Origin: Eledone cirrhosa
Taxonomy: Eukaryota
DNA length: 64,000 bases
Assembly: GCA_964016885.1 (NCBI GenBank)
Contig: OZ024763.1
Coordinates: 2,852,001-2,916,000, forward strand
Direction of reading: 5' to 3'
The position numbers were made by a program, and so were the translations under genes. The notes under the pieces are model-generated. The model was not told the origin of the DNA, made no database searches, and was given only the letters and a program-made list of their open reading frames with translations. Of this stretch, positions 25,981-40,499 are shown piece after piece; position 1 is the first letter of the stretch; each line of letters starts with the position of its first letter.

Positions 25981-26844
25981 AGATATGTAGTTCCCCCATC
26001 TCACCTTCTGTCATAGATAATGGACCACTACACTGTGGTGTCAAATTGAAAATAATAGGGGGTGGGTGTGTTGACGGTGGGGGCTGATGGGGTGTACTGG
26101 GGGTAGGGAGGAAAACACCCGATTTTGTTCAACATAATTCATTCAAAGGTAGTAATTATGTGTGTATGTATGTCTGTCTATGTATATCTGTGTGTGTATG
26201 TATATCTGTGTGTGTGTGTATGATTGTATGTCTAAGTATATCTGTGTGTGTATATATGTATATATATATATTTGAGTGTGTGTATATATATATATATATA
26301 TATTTGTGTGTGTGTGTGTGGATGTATATATGTGTGTGTGTTTATATAAATATATATATATATGCATGATGATATATATTTGTATATACATATATCCACA
26401 TACACACACATATATATATATACACACACGTGTGTGTGTGTGTGTGTGTGTATATATCACTTCTCTCCCTCTATATCTATCTACTTGTTTATGTTATCTA
26501 GCACGCAATATTCAGTTGTCCAATTTATCTACTTACATCACCACCACCTTATCTCTCTCTCTCTCTCACTATATATATATATATTTCTCTTGCTCTCTCT
26601 ATATATGGCTATCTGTGTCACTCTCTCTCTCTCTCTCTCACTATATATATATATATTTCTCTTGCTCTCTCTATATATGGCTATCTGTGTCACTCTCTCT
26701 CTCTCTCTCTCACTATATATATATATATTTCTCTTGCTCTCTCTATATATGGCTATCTGTGTCACTCTCTCTCTCTCTCACTATATATATATATATATAT
26801 ATTTCTCTTGCTCTCTCTATATATGGCTATCTGTGTCACTCTCC

Positions 26845-26876
<32 letters not shown>

Positions 26877-26909
26877 TTCTCTTGCTCTCTCTATATATGG
26901 CTATCTGTG

Positions 26910-27035
<126 letters not shown>

Positions 27036-27139
27036 GAGAGAGAGAATGTGGACTTAATATGTTAATAGACACACACAGAGACACTTTTATCCATGCCATC
27101 ATGGACAAACAGACATTTAATCATGTGAAGGACATAACA

Positions 27140-28220
27140 ACTGTTCTAGTGCTGGTTTCAAGATAAAATGCACCCAGTACACTCTGTAAAGTGGTTAATC
27201 CAAACAACAGCATCTAGCCATAGAATTCACACCTATGAAAAGGTTTGAGATGACATTGAAGTTGAGCCAAGGACATGACAATCATTCTAATGATGGTAAC
27301 ATGATAAAATGCACCCAGTAAGCTCTGTAAAGTGGTTAATGTTAAGAAGGGCATGTCTTTACATAGAAACCATTCCTATCAAAGGTTTGAAAGGACTCTA
27401 GTTGTGTCAAGGCCATGGCAATCTCCCTAGTGCTGGTGTTATGATGAAATGCACCCAGTACACTCTGTAAAGTAGTTAATCCTAACAACAGCATCAAGCC
27501 CTAGAAACCATTCCTTTCAAGGAACATGACAATCATTCTAATGCTGGTTACTAATGCCAGTACGCTCTGTAAAGTGGTTGATATTAGGAAGAACGTACAG
27601 CCATAGAAACTATGCCTATCAAAAGGTTTGAGAGGATACTCTAGTTGTGTCAAGGACATGACAATCTCCCTAGTTCTGGTCTAAAGTCTGTCTCAAGCCT
27701 GGAGGCTTGTCAGGCTGGTGCTTAATGCAATAGTCTCCCCTGGACAGGGTGCCAGTCCATCACAGGATTAAACTCCCAGCTATTGCTGCTGGAACTTATT
27801 TTCAGCTGAGTATACTGGAGCATCGTGAAAATGAAGTGTTTTGTTCAAGAAGACAACACACAACCCCGTCCAGGAATCAAACCCACGGCATTATGATTAT
27901 AAGTCCAACACCCTTACCACTAGGCCACTCTCCTCCACTACCCTAGTGCTAGTCCCATGATAAAATGCACCCAATACACACTGTACATTATATTATATTA
28001 ACAAGGGCATCCAGCCACAGAAACCATGCCTATCAAAAGGTTGAGAGGACACTTTAGTTGTGTCAAGGGCAAGAGAACTTTCCTAATACTAGTGTGATGA
28101 TAAAATGCACCCACTACACTCTGTAAATTAGATATTAATGAGGACATAACCTTAGTTGTGTCAAGGATAACTTTCCTAATACTAGTACAACAATAAAATG
28201 CACCCAGTACACTCTGTTTT
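27140..28220 (+). repeat. Degenerate tandem array derived from the SINE 3' region, interrupted by a SINE at 27680-27938
   Basis: Repeated gataaaatgcacccagtacactctgtaaagtggtt...aagggcatccagcc. Confidence 0.7.
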
Positions 28221-28613
28221 GTTTTTTTGTATTATAGAACCACAGTTGGTTATTATCAAAGGAATTACAGTGAAATCTAATAGGAGTTAGTAATTGACTT
28301 TCATAAATACAGTTGGCCTAAATTGTTGTTTCAGTTCTTGTTGACCTCATAACACAAAATCTATTACATCATCATCATCATAGTCATGGTCATCATTTTT
28401 ACGTTGGTGACTTTTCTATGCTAGCATGGGTTGGACAGGATCTTTTGAGGCAGTGGTTTTTGCAAGCCAGTAGCCCCTTTCTGACACCAACCTTAAGATA
28501 TACAGAGAAACAGTCTACCTATTCTAAACTGGTAGTTCCTTTTTAGTCACTTCTTAAGATATGCAGCGATGTACCTATTCTAAACTAGATACACCCAAAG
28601 ACACTAACCTTAA

Positions 28614-29376
28614 CTCTTTAGTATTTTGATTATTCTATATATACTATTGTATTTTCACAGTAAAGGCTTTATCTCACATAATATCTCACATAACATTTAC
28701 ATTACTCTATATATACTATTGTATTTTCACAGTAAAGGCTTTATCTCACATAATATCTCACATAACATTTACATTACTCTCTATATATATACTATTGTAT
28801 TTTCACAGTAAAGGCTTTACCTTACATAATATCTCACATAACATTTACATTACTCTATATATACTATTGTATTTTCACAGTAAAGGCTTTACCTCACATA
28901 ATATCTCACATAACATTTACATTACTCTATATATACTATTGTATTTTCACAGTAAAGGCTTTATCTCACATAATATCTCACATAACATTTACATTACTCT
29001 ATATATACTATTGTATTTTCACAGTAAAGGCTTTATCTCACATAACATTTACATTACTCTATATATACTATTGTATTTTCACAGTAAAGGCTTTACCTCA
29101 CATAATATCTCACATAACATTTACAATACTCTATATATGCTATTGTATTTTCGCAGTAAAGGCTTTACCTCACATAATATCTCGCATAACATTTACATTA
29201 CTCTATATATACTATTGTATTTTCACAGTAAAGGCTTTACCTCACATAATATTGAATCTATGAGATTTTGATATTATTTATTTTGAGAAAAATACCCTAA
29301 CATCAGTATGGCCGGTTACAGCCAGTTTGAAAAGAAAGAGATGAAAATTCTGGCCAGATACGGCCATTTTAAATGC
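28614..29376 (+). mobile_element. piggyBac-type MITE with a 72-bp tandem array
   Basis: TTAA|CTCTTTAGTAT start; same 72-bp unit as 2090-2720; ends ...tttaaatgc. Confidence 0.8.
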
Positions 29377-29702
29377 AGAGATACAGTGTACCCTTTCTGA
29401 TACCAACCTTCTTAACTTCTGCTGGGATACCGTGTACCTATTTTAAACTGGATATACACGATTATACATATTTAGTAGAAAATATTTTGTTGATAAAAAT
29501 AAAAAGGAGTAAACAGAAAAAAAATAGAGCAGCAATCCTAAGTAAGACATGTAATTAAAAAATTGCAATCATTTTAGCTAACACCCACTCATACATGTAT
29601 ATATATTAGTTTGTTGTGTGTGTGTGTATATATAAATATATTATTGAGTGAAATGACAGGAGGCCGGACTGGTGAAATTCCTTCAAAGATTTATATCAGC
29701 AA

Positions 29703-29760
29703 ACACTAAGTACATTTCAGTGGCCTGGTTACATAGGATCCTGATAACATCATCAGGTGT
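29703..29760 (-). ncRNA. Minimal hammerhead ribozyme motif
   Basis: acac CUGAUGA ... GAAA UGUACUUA gugu; related copy at 47296-47390. Confidence 0.6.
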
Positions 29761-29916
29761 ATATTGCATGATAGTTATACAATAAAGGAATAATGGTAGA
29801 CACAATCCAAGAGGCTATAAGGAGAGAAAGCAGAGGAAAAAACAAGTTTTTGACTCGAAGGCGATCAAGGGGGCCAGTTATTGACAGTTTGGCAGATAAC
29901 TTTATATTATATATAT

Positions 29917-30267
29917 ATGGGATAACAAATTATCGTTATAGGTAATCCAGTTAGAGGTTGTGAGTACTCTGTATTGTAGATAGTTTTAACGTACGGCGTT
30001 GTTTGACTCAACAAGAGGCTTTCATAGTTAGGTGGCGAGTTCACGGGAATTCTTATGCAGGCTAATCTTGGAGTAATAATAGTGAAAGAGTGAAGAATAA
30101 CATGGTCAACAGTACAAAAAAGGGTTTTATTTAGAGTATTATCAATTATTTCATTGATTAAGTTGTCTAAAAATTGCAAATCACTCAATTTTAAATATAA
30201 TGTATGTTTAATCAAATCATCGGAAAAATTGATTAAAATTATACACAGCGTTTGTATACTGTATCAC

Positions 30268-30268
<1 letters not shown>
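29917..30268 (-). mobile_element. PLE-like terminal remnant with a CCGAUGA-variant hammerhead (30141-30233) and tail
   Basis: CCGAUGA U UUGAUUAA...UUAAUCAA U GAAA; tail copy at 50491-50735. Confidence 0.55.
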
Positions 30269-30302
<34 letters not shown>

Positions 30303-30327
30303 CTATGTGTTCATATATAGCATCATC

Positions 30328-30870
30328 ATCGTTTAACGTCCATTTTTCCACACTGCCATGGGTTAAACGAGTTATCCTATTGTGAGCAATACCAGGTCAG
30401 GTGACTAAGTCGTGCTCATACAGAACTGTTTCTGGCTTTGTTTCTATGGCTGGATGCCCTTCCTAACACCAACCACGTTTACTGTGTGAATTGGGTGCTT
30501 TTTGTCATGTCACCTACAGAACTACTTTACAGTGTAGACTGGGTGATTTTTGTTGTGACACCTACACGACCACTTTACAGTGTGGACTGGGTGATTTTTG
30601 TTGTGACACCTACACGACCACTTTACAGTGTGGACTGGGTGTTTTTTGTTGTGACACCTAGATGACCACTTTACAGTGTGGACTGGGTGTTTTTTGTTGT
30701 GACACCTAGACGACCACTTTACAGTGTGGACTGGGTGTTTTTTGTTGTGACACCTACACGACCACTTTACAGGTGGACTTTTGTCATGACAGCAACATAA
30801 CCACTTTACAGTGTGGACTGGGTAGTTTTTGTAGTGACATCTACACAACCACTTTACAGTGTGAACTGGG
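30328..30870 (-). repeat. SINE 3' fragment with a 48-bp unit amplified about 7 times
   Basis: Unit ccactttacagtgtggactgggtgttttttgttgtgacacctacacga. Confidence 0.8.
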
Positions 30871-31310
30871 AGGTGAGGTATTAGGACGTGGGAGGTGTAT
30901 GGAATGAAGGAAGGTGTTGGGGAGGAAACTTCCATCATAATTTTATGTAAGAAACTTTACACTCCAAACGCCAGCTTAATAACGAGATAGTTAGTTATCT
31001 TATTAAATCCTTGTAAATTTTTGGCTATTTTAAAAACGGATTGAAAAACGATTGGCAGCACCTCTCGTTAGGAAAATAAGATGGTTTTAATCAGGGAGTA
31101 GATTTCTGTTGGGGATTAGTGGTTAATTCCTTGGCATAGCACCAATACTAGTTGATAGGTGTTTCCTGTAACTATCTGCTGCTGGGGGGGGGGGGGGGGA
31201 GATGAGAGGGGGATATATCAAAGACTGGGAAACCCTTTAATATAATATGTTGTGTGTTATGGAGGAGGTGTTGGGTGATGAACAACTAAATGGTGAAGCC
31301 CCCCCCCCCC

Positions 31311-31356
<46 letters not shown>

Positions 31357-32041
31357 ATATATATATGTGTGTGTATATATATATGTGTGTGTATATATAT
31401 ATGTGTGTGTGTATATATATATGTGTGTGTATATATATATATATGTGTGTGTGTATATATATATGTGTGTGTATATATATATGTGTGTGTGTATATATAT
31501 ATGTGTGTGTATATATATATGTGTGTGTATATATATATGTGTGTATATATATATATGTGTGTATATATATATATGTGTGTATATATATATATGTGTGTAT
31601 ATATATATATATATGTATGTGTGTATATATATATGTATGTGTGTATATATATATATGTATGTGTGTATATATATATGTATGTGTGTATATATATATATAT
31701 GTGTGTATATATATATATGTGTGTGTATATATATATATATATGTGTGTATATATATATATATATGTGTATATATATATATGTGTGTATATATATATATAT
31801 ATGTGTATATATATATATATGTGTGTGTATATATATATATGTGTGTGTGTATATATATATATATATATGTGTGTATATATATATATGTGTATATATATAT
31901 ATATATGTGTGTATATATATATATGTGTATATATATATATATATGTGTATATATATATATATATGTGTGTATATATATATATATATGTGTGTGCATATAT
32001 ATATATATATATGTGTGTGCATATATATACATATATATATA

Positions 32042-32112
<71 letters not shown>

Positions 32113-32169
32113 ATATATATATTGCCATGTGTATATATATATATATGTGTATATATATATGTATATATA

Positions 32170-32950
32170 CATGTAGTAAAAGGCTTCTCCCTCAGAATGA
32201 AAGGCAGACTGTATGATGCGTGTATCCGAACAGCGATGTTGCATGGTAGTGAGACCTGGGCGCTGAAGGTGGAAGACTTACGTAGATTAGAGAGAAACGA
32301 AGCCTGCATGCTCCGATGGATGTGTAACAGTAATATACGTGAACGACAAAGCATAAATGAATTGAGAGAGAGACTGAGCATAAGAGGAATCAAATGCTGC
32401 GTGCAGGAGAGGCGGTTACGCTGGTATGGACATGTGATGCGTATGAAGGATGACAGCTGCATAAAAAGGTGCAGAGCACTAGAAGTTGATGGAAACCGCG
32501 GAGTGGGGAGACCCAAGATGACTTGGGATGGGGTGATAAAAGCCGACCTTACCCAACTACACCTCTCAAAGTCAATGACACACGACCGTGACTTCTGGCG
32601 TCACGCAGTAATACAGGGTACCCGACCTCCCATGGGTACATGCTGAAGCATATAAACGATATGCCCCCCCCCCCCCCACCGCAAGGTGGTCGTGGAGGTG
32701 CCACGGCAAAAAAGCACCCAGCCCACACTGTAAAGTGGACGTGTAGGCGCCACGAAAAAGCACCCAGCACTCACTGTAAATGAGGTTGGTGTTAGGAAGG
32801 GCATCCAGCTGTAGAAATCAAGCCAGATCAGTTCCTGTATGAGCAAGGCATGGTCAGCCGACCAGACACTGCCCACAACAGGACAACCCGTCTAACCCAT
32901 GCTAGCGTGGAAGAACGGACGTAAAACGGTGATGATGATGATGATGATGA
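32170..32950 (+). mobile_element. RTE-clade LINE 3' fragment followed by a SINE 3' half
   Basis: [20 protein letters not shown]...[12 protein letters not shown]...GRPKMTW. Confidence 0.9.
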
Positions 32951-32996
32951 TATGTGTATCATCATCGTTTAACATCTATCTTCCACGCTAGTATGG

Positions 32997-33052
<56 letters not shown>

Positions 33053-33189
33053 CACGTGTGTGTATATATAGTGATAGAGATTGAGATATGTGTATGTACA
33101 GTTCTATATTTATATATATATATGTATAATGTAGGGGGGGGGGAATGATAGATATGTGTGTATACAGATATATATAAAGAGATAGATAG

Positions 33190-33230
<41 letters not shown>

Positions 33231-33231
<1 letters not shown>

Positions 33232-33430
33232 GTAGGTCCCGGGTTGAGTCGGGGATAATCACAGTAAGTAAGGTACTCAATACATGGCAGAGTAAAATTT
33301 TTTTATTTTATAGAAGGAGCTTCTACAGGACTAGTACTGTTTCATTCAGATGAAATCTTCATTGAGCTTCCTGAAGATTTCATCTGAATGAAACAGTACT
33401 AGTCCTGTAGAAGCTCCTTCTATAAAATAA

Positions 33431-33432
<2 letters not shown>
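33231..33432. mobile_element. PLE-like fold-back remnant with hammerhead motif (33364-33416, +)
   Basis: Arms 33301-33361 and 33372-33432; CUGAAGA U UUCA uc UGAA U GAAAC aguacua GUC. Family also at 35365-35440, 38800-38867 and 53865-54021. Confidence 0.75.
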
Positions 33433-33487
<55 letters not shown>

Positions 33488-33822
33488 GAAGACCTATGAA
33501 GAGCTGATGAGAGCTGATCTCAAATTGATGAAACTCAGAGAGATGAAGAAGGATCGCAATATGTGGAGAGATGCTGTGCAGAAAAGCACTCGTCCAACCC
33601 ATGCAAGTGTGGAAAAGCAGACATAAAAATGATGATACATATATACACACACATACATACACGTGTATATATATGTATATATAGTAATAATAATAAATTT
33701 GAAGATTGAAATCCGAAGAGCACTCGATTATATAAAATATATAAAACCGTAGAGCAAATATTTATTAAAATAACAGATTAAAGTTTAAGCAAAGAATCGC
33801 TGCTTTCACCCTTAAATAATAA

Positions 33823-33866
<44 letters not shown>

Positions 33867-34025
33867 AATGTGGTTGGCATTAGGAAGGGCATCAGGCTGT
33901 AGAAAACCAGCCAGAAACAGTCCTATATGAGCAAGACATAGTCACCCAACCCAACTTGTCTTTAATGGGACAAACCCGTCTAACCCATGCTAGTGTGGAA
34001 AATAGACATTAAATGATGTTGATGA

Positions 34026-34059
<34 letters not shown>

Positions 34060-34098
34060 TCATCGTTTAACGTCTATTCTTTCATTACCACTAAAAAG

Positions 34099-34181
34099 GT
34101 CTGACGAGCCGTGGATTCCAGAGTCGGGCTAGATCAATACAGATCGAACCTTGAGCTGATCAGTGGTGAAACACATGTCAC
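34099..34181 (+). ncRNA. Hammerhead motif with a ~60-nt helix II, in a PLE-like remnant extending to 34320
   Basis: gu CUGACGA GCCGU...GUGGU GAAA CACAUGUC ac; homolog on the minus strand at 41574-41660. Confidence 0.65.
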
Positions 34182-34750
34182 AACCAATGAATGTAATGAA
34201 GGAGTAACCACTCGTCCTTGTTTTATTACACTACACTCTGTGTAGCTCTACACCTCAACACAGAAGAGAACCTAAACATCGAGTGCTCACCCGGGTAAAC
34301 CTACAGTTACACTCCCTGGATATATATATATATATATTTGCATTCATCTAATGTTTCAAACCATCTGATTTCGGCAGAACTGGAGAGAGAGAGAAGGGTG
34401 TAGAGTAGGGTGTGGGAGTAATTCTAAGCAATATAAAACCCCTTATCTTCTGGGGTCCCCACACCCAACTCACTTGTTTGACCTCAATCAGACACATTCC
34501 AAACACCAACACTTGAATTACGTAATTAAATGCCATTTGAGATTCCCTACTTTGATTGGTGGTGATTGTTGACACCTTTTACAGATATATTTTGACAGAG
34601 AGACAAGGAGGGGGGGGGGTAGGGGAGAGAAGGGTGTACAGAAATATAATATAAACCCCACCCTCTTTATGTTCAAATTCTTACATTATACCCCTAACCA
34701 CTAGTAACAGATGTGCCGAGGGAATGTGATAGAGAGACACTAGCAAGAGT

Positions 34751-35322
34751 CATTAACCCTTATATTTCCATATTTCTAATGAAAGACACTGTCTATGTCA
34801 TTAACCCTTCCATTACCATATTTCTAATGAAAGACACTGTCTGTCATTAACCATTTCATTACCATATTTCTAATGAAAGACACTGTCTGTCATTAACCAT
34901 TTCATTACCATATTTCTAATGAAAGAAACTGTCTATGTCTTTAACCCTTTCATTACCATATCTCTAATGAAAGACACTGTCTATGTCATTAACCCTTTCA
35001 TTACCATATTTCGAATGAAAGACACTGTCTATATCATTAACCCTTTCATTACCATATCTCTAATGAAAGACACTGTCTATGTCATTAACCCTTTCATTAC
35101 CATATCTCTAATGAAAGACATTGTCTATATCATTAACCATTTCATTACCATATTTCTAATGAAAGACACTGTCTATGTCATTAACCCTTTCATTACCATA
35201 TTTCTAATGAAAGACACTGTATATGTCATTAACCCTTTCATTACCATATTTCTAATGAAAGACACTACCTATGTCATTAACCCTTTCATTAACCATATTT
35301 CTAATGAAAGACACTGTCTATC
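34751..35322 (+). repeat. 48-bp tandem array (about 12 units) of a piggyBac-type MITE terminus
   Basis: Unit cattaaccctttcattaccatatttctaatgaaagacactgtctatgt; the reverse complement of its start resembles the termini at 370-392 and 1568-1590. Confidence 0.85.
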
Positions 35323-35573
35323 ATTTTCAAATCATTTCAAAATTATTCAAGAATGTGTAAGGATAGGAAGAACTGGAACTCATTCAAAAGAAATCATCAA
35401 GAAAGGCCTTCCTGATGATTTCTTTTGAATGAAACAGTTCACATGTTTCTGTGAAACAAACAACTTTACCACACAGCAAGGCCTGCAACTAACTAATATA
35501 TATATATAAATATATCAATGATATTAATAAATGGAAACTATATTTATAAAACCATATTTATTTTATTATATAT

Positions 35574-35908
35574 GGAGGCACATGGCTTAGTGGTTAGAGC
35601 ATTGGCCTTGCAATCGAAAGGTTGTGAGTTCAATTCTCAGACCGGGTGATGTGTTGTTTCCTTGAGCAAGACACTTTATTTCATATTGCTCCGGTTTACT
35701 CAGTTGTAGAAATGAGATGATAGGGACTGGGGTTCATATCATTCCACTGCAAAGTGGTCGTGTAGGCGCCACGGCAAAAAAGCACCCAGCACTCACTGTA
35801 AATGAGGTTGGTGTTAGGAAGGGCATCCAGCTGTAGAAATCAAGCCAGAATCAGTTCCCGTCCCACCCTTGCAAGCAGGGAAAAGCAGACGTAAAATGAT
35901 GATGATGA
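35574..35908 (+). mobile_element. tRNA-derived CORE-like SINE
   Basis: Near-identical to 13044-13430. Confidence 0.85.
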
Positions 35909-37509
35909 TATATATTTCAAGGGTACTTTGTTACATCTTTTGTGTTTGTCCTTTTTTTAAACCCAGAAACCCATATTTGTACCACCCTACACCACTCTGT
36001 AACCTCCTGCACCACCCTGTAACCTCCTGCACCACTCTGTACCCTCCTATCCCACCCTGTACCACCCTACACCATCCTACACCACCCTTTACCACTCTGT
36101 ACCAACCTTATTTTTTGTAAACCCTCTGTGGTTAATAAAGAAATTATTATTGTCAATAAATTAACAGAATCAGTAGAGCGTCGGTCAAAATGCTTTGCAG
36201 CAAAGAGTTACGGCCCTTTATGATCTGAGTTCAAATCCTGCCGAGGTTAACTTTGCCTTTCATCCTTACGGGGCCGATAAAAATAAAGTACCAGTCACAC
36301 ACTGGGGTTGATTTAATTGACTTTCCCGTCCCCCAAAATTGCTGGCCTTGTGCCTATACGAGAAACCATTATAAGGTGGTGGATTGGTAAAATTGGTAGA
36401 GCATCGAACAACATGCTTCGTGGCATAGAGTTACGGCCCTTTACGTTCTGAGTTCAAATCCTGCCGCGTTAGTCTTTAATGTTTTCTTAATTCTTAATGT
36501 AAGCCCCTATGTAGCTAATAAAAAAAATCATTTTTGCCTTTCATCCTTACAATATCAGTAATGTACTTGGGTCAATTTAATTGATATTTCCCTTTCCCCC
36601 AAAATTGCTGGCCTTGTGCCTTAATCAGAAACCATTATTTTAACATTTGTGTGACAAATACAAATACTTCATCAAGGGTGTGTGGAGCTGGGGGGAGGGA
36701 GGAGAGACCCCCCCCCTCTCCACATACACACAACCACCACCACCACCACCCCCTTCATGAAAGAACACAAGAATCACTGACTTCCTCTGTTTCTCGCTGT
36801 CTTTTCGGAAGAAGCTACTTAAGCCTTTGGTAATAAAAAAAACCTCGCTTTGAACATCAAAAACCAACACTTGCCACCCCTACACCACCACACCACTGCC
36901 ACCCCTACACCACCACACCACTGCCACCACCACCACCACTGCCACCACCACCACCACCACCACCACCATCACCACCACCACCATTACCATTACTAGCACC
37001 ACCACCATCAACACTACTACTACTATTACCACCATCACCAACACCACTATCATTACCAATATCACCACTGCCATCACCACCACACCACCACCACTGCCAA
37101 TACCACTATCACCACCACTACTACTACCACCATAACCCCCACCACCACTACTATTACCACCACCACCACCACCACCACCACCACCACCACCACCACTACC
37201 ACCACCACCATCGCTACCATGACCCACCACCACTACCACCCACACCACTACTACCCCCACCCCCACTACCCCCACCCCCACCCCCACCATGGCTGCAGAA
37301 CTGTTAATGAACTATTTTTTTTAATTACTGCAAAATCTTAATTAAGTTAAACGACAGAGAACACCCTGTCTGACTTTTGTTTGTCATTTGGCCTGTAACT
37401 ACTACTGCTGCTGCTGCTGCTGCTATTGCTGCTGCTGCTGCTGCTGCTGCTATTACTACTACTACTACTACTGTTAAGAACCATCCATAAATTTCAGGAG
37501 TATATTCTC

Positions 37510-38490
37510 TCTTCGTCACCCACTTATGTCTGGGAGGGTTGCAGGAGCAGAGCCCTCAAATACTCCTTCCAGCAGGCCCTCACAGAAGCAATTGTCTCCA
37601 ATTAATCCAGCAAGACCAGCCAAGCTCATTTATGTTATCCAACCATTTTACTTGGGGTCTACCCTTGGGTCTCCTGCCACTTGGTTTTACCTGTAAAATC
37701 TATCCAACGATTCTTTCCTCAAACATTCTAACCACAAGGCCATTGTATCGGAGAAGTAGTGGCTCTACCTGGAGTGACTCTCTGATCTCTGAGCTACAAA
37801 TCTATCCAGTGATTCTTTCCTCAGATATTCTAATCACATGTCCATAATATCAGAGCTGTGATCTTTCAATTCGGAGAAGTAGTGGCTCTAACTGGTGTGA
37901 CTCTCCAGTGATTCTTTCCTGAGACATTCTAACTACATGCTCATAGTATTGGAGCTGTGATCTCTCAATTCAGAGAAGTAGCAGCTCTACCTGGAGTGAC
38001 TCTCCAGTCATTCTTTCCTGAGACATTCTAACTACATGCCCATAGTATTGGAGCTGTGATCTCTCAATTCAGAGAAGTATCAGCTCTACCCAGAGTGACT
38101 CTCCAGTCATTCTATCCTGAGACATTCGAACTACATTCTCATAGTATTGGTGCTGTGATCTCTCAATTCAGAGAAGTAGTGGCTCTACCCAGAGTGACTC
38201 CCCAGTGATTCTTTCCTGAGACATTCTAACTACATGCCCACAGTATCGGAGCTGTGATCGCTCAATTCAGAGAAGTAGCAGCTCTACCTGGAGTGACTCT
38301 CTGAGCTATAAATCTGTCCAGTGATTCTTTCCTGAGACATTCTAACCACATATTTGTAATATCAGAGCTGTTATCTCTCAATTGAGAGAAGTAGTGGCTC
38401 AACCTGGGGTGACACTCTGATCTCTGAGCTACATACTCTACCCAATGATATGGTATGGAATGGACCCATAACAACTCATGAAGACACAGG
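37510..38490 (-). mobile_element. RTE LINE 3' fragment with a 99-bp coding unit tandemly amplified
   Basis: ccagt(g/c)attct.tcctgagac at 37905, 38004, 38103 and 38202; the minus strand reads ESLQVE.LLL.IERSQL.YYGHVVRMSQER. Confidence 0.8.
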
Positions 38491-38704
38491 GCCACCATAT
38501 TACTATACGATATTTCTTAAGACATTTTTTAAACCAGGCAGAGCCTATCTCCTTTCTAAATTTGAATGCACCAGATTTTTTCCATAGAATGATAGGAAGT
38601 GAGAGAATGGACGCAAGAAAGAGATATAGAGGAAGAATTGACCCCAGTATTTGACTGGTACTTTTTTTATTAACCCCAGAGTAGTCAATACTTAGAGTAA
38701 TTTA

Positions 38705-38781
38705 TAGGGTGTCCCCCAAAAATGTATACACTCCAATAACATTCTAATAAATATATGTATACATTTTTCGGGGACGCCTTG
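38705..38781. mobile_element. Tc1/mariner-type MITE of about 78 bp; copies at 46942-47019, 51644-51746 and 55896-55971
   Basis: TIRs cagggtgtccc.aaaatgtatac / gtatacatttt.gggacaccctg, mostly in TA contexts. Confidence 0.75.
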
Positions 38782-39051
38782 TATATATGTATATTTATAT
38801 CAGGAATGTCCACTGAATGACATTCCTGATGATTTCAAATGAATGGAACAGTTCTAGTCCTGTAGGAGTGATATCCACATCCCACACACCCATGTATATA
38901 TATATATATGTATACATATATATATATATATACACATACTTCTCATTTTCCTTTCACTTCCACCTGACCTGTTTCCATATCCCCACCCACCCACCCTTTA
39001 TTTTTTCTCTCTCTGTCTGTTTCTGCAGGGCCTGTAGCATTTATATTACAC

Positions 39052-39104
<53 letters not shown>

Positions 39105-39118
39105 CCTCTCTCTCTTTC

Positions 39119-39162
<44 letters not shown>

Positions 39163-39212
39163 CCTCTCTCTCTTTCTATAAATATATATATATACATATA
39201 TATGTATGTGTG

Positions 39213-39243
<31 letters not shown>

Positions 39244-39955
39244 GTATATATACCTCTCTCTTTCTATAAATATATATATATATACATATATATGTATGTG
39301 TATATATACATACATATATATATATATATTCATATATATATATATGTGTGTGTGTGTATATATACATATATATATAGACATATATATATACATGTGTGTG
39401 TGTATATATACATATATGTGTGTGTGTGTTTATATATATATATATATATATATACATGATCTCCAGAAGACAACTAATGACGGGGTGGGGATTACCCCCC
39501 CCCCGGTTCGTGCTTTCCTCTTATTTATAAATACAATATATATATATATATATGTATATATATATGTACATATATATATATATATATATAGATATACGTA
39601 TATATATATATATATATATGTACATATGTACATATATATATATATAGATAGATATACGTATATATATATGTATATATATATGTACATATGTACATATATA
39701 TATATACACACATAGATAGATAAAGAATATTTGAGTAATTTTATCAAAGAACAGACGGTAGGAGTGGGGTGGTGGAGAGGGGGGGTAGGTGGAGTGGTGG
39801 TGGAGGGGGTCAGCTGGGTTATGTGGGGTGTGGTGGTGGAGGTAGATGATGTCTTACATATATATATCAGAGGTCTTCTGTTGTTTGACAGATATATTTC
39901 TTTATTTGACAGATAGATTTCTTTATTAGCCACAAGGGCGCAAGACAGCTAGATA

Positions 39956-40005
<50 letters not shown>

Positions 40006-40046
40006 CGAAACATAAGTCAATTGCATGAACTCATAATCCTTTATTT

Positions 40047-40102
40047 ACTGCTATATATATTTCGATGATAGCCATTGAATGGCTATGACCTCATCAGGCA
40101 GT
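40047..40102 (-). ncRNA. Minimal hammerhead ribozyme motif
   Basis: ACUGC CUGAUGA GGUc AUAGCCAU uca AUGGCUAU cAUC GAAA UAUAUAUA GCAGU; helices I and II pair and helix III is palindromic. Confidence 0.8.
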
Positions 40103-40165
40103 TAGTCAGTTCTTAGATATGCCAGCTCTGTGTGTATAGTGTTGATGGTATCAGAGCCTTGGGAC

Positions 40166-40218
<53 letters not shown>

Positions 40219-40499
40219 AGAGTATTTACCCCGGAAAAAAAACCCAGTTGATGGATGTGAATCCGAAATATATAGGGACTATTAAATCTCTCCCAAGGTA
40301 ACTCTTTCTTGTGTTGTTATTTTTATTTTATCCTTTATACTCTTCCCTTCTTTCTTCTACACATTTACACATCTTTACACACCACGCATCTCAACGTACA
40401 CCCACTTACACATCTCTCTCTCCACTACCGGATCTTGTTACCCGGAGATTTACCCATTTGCATTGTTGAGGCTTCCAAACGACTTAAAGATATTTATAT

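Noticed and set aside
24991-26016. His/Pro/Thr-rich ORFs (also 55827-56840, 36880-37290, 171-578)
   Set aside because: CAC-type microsatellite open in several frames, with no splice or domain support.
40243-40277. Possible hammerhead (GGAU gugaAUCC GAAA UAUAUA GGG)
   Set aside because: The CUGANGA core is destroyed; at best a decayed copy, so not counted.
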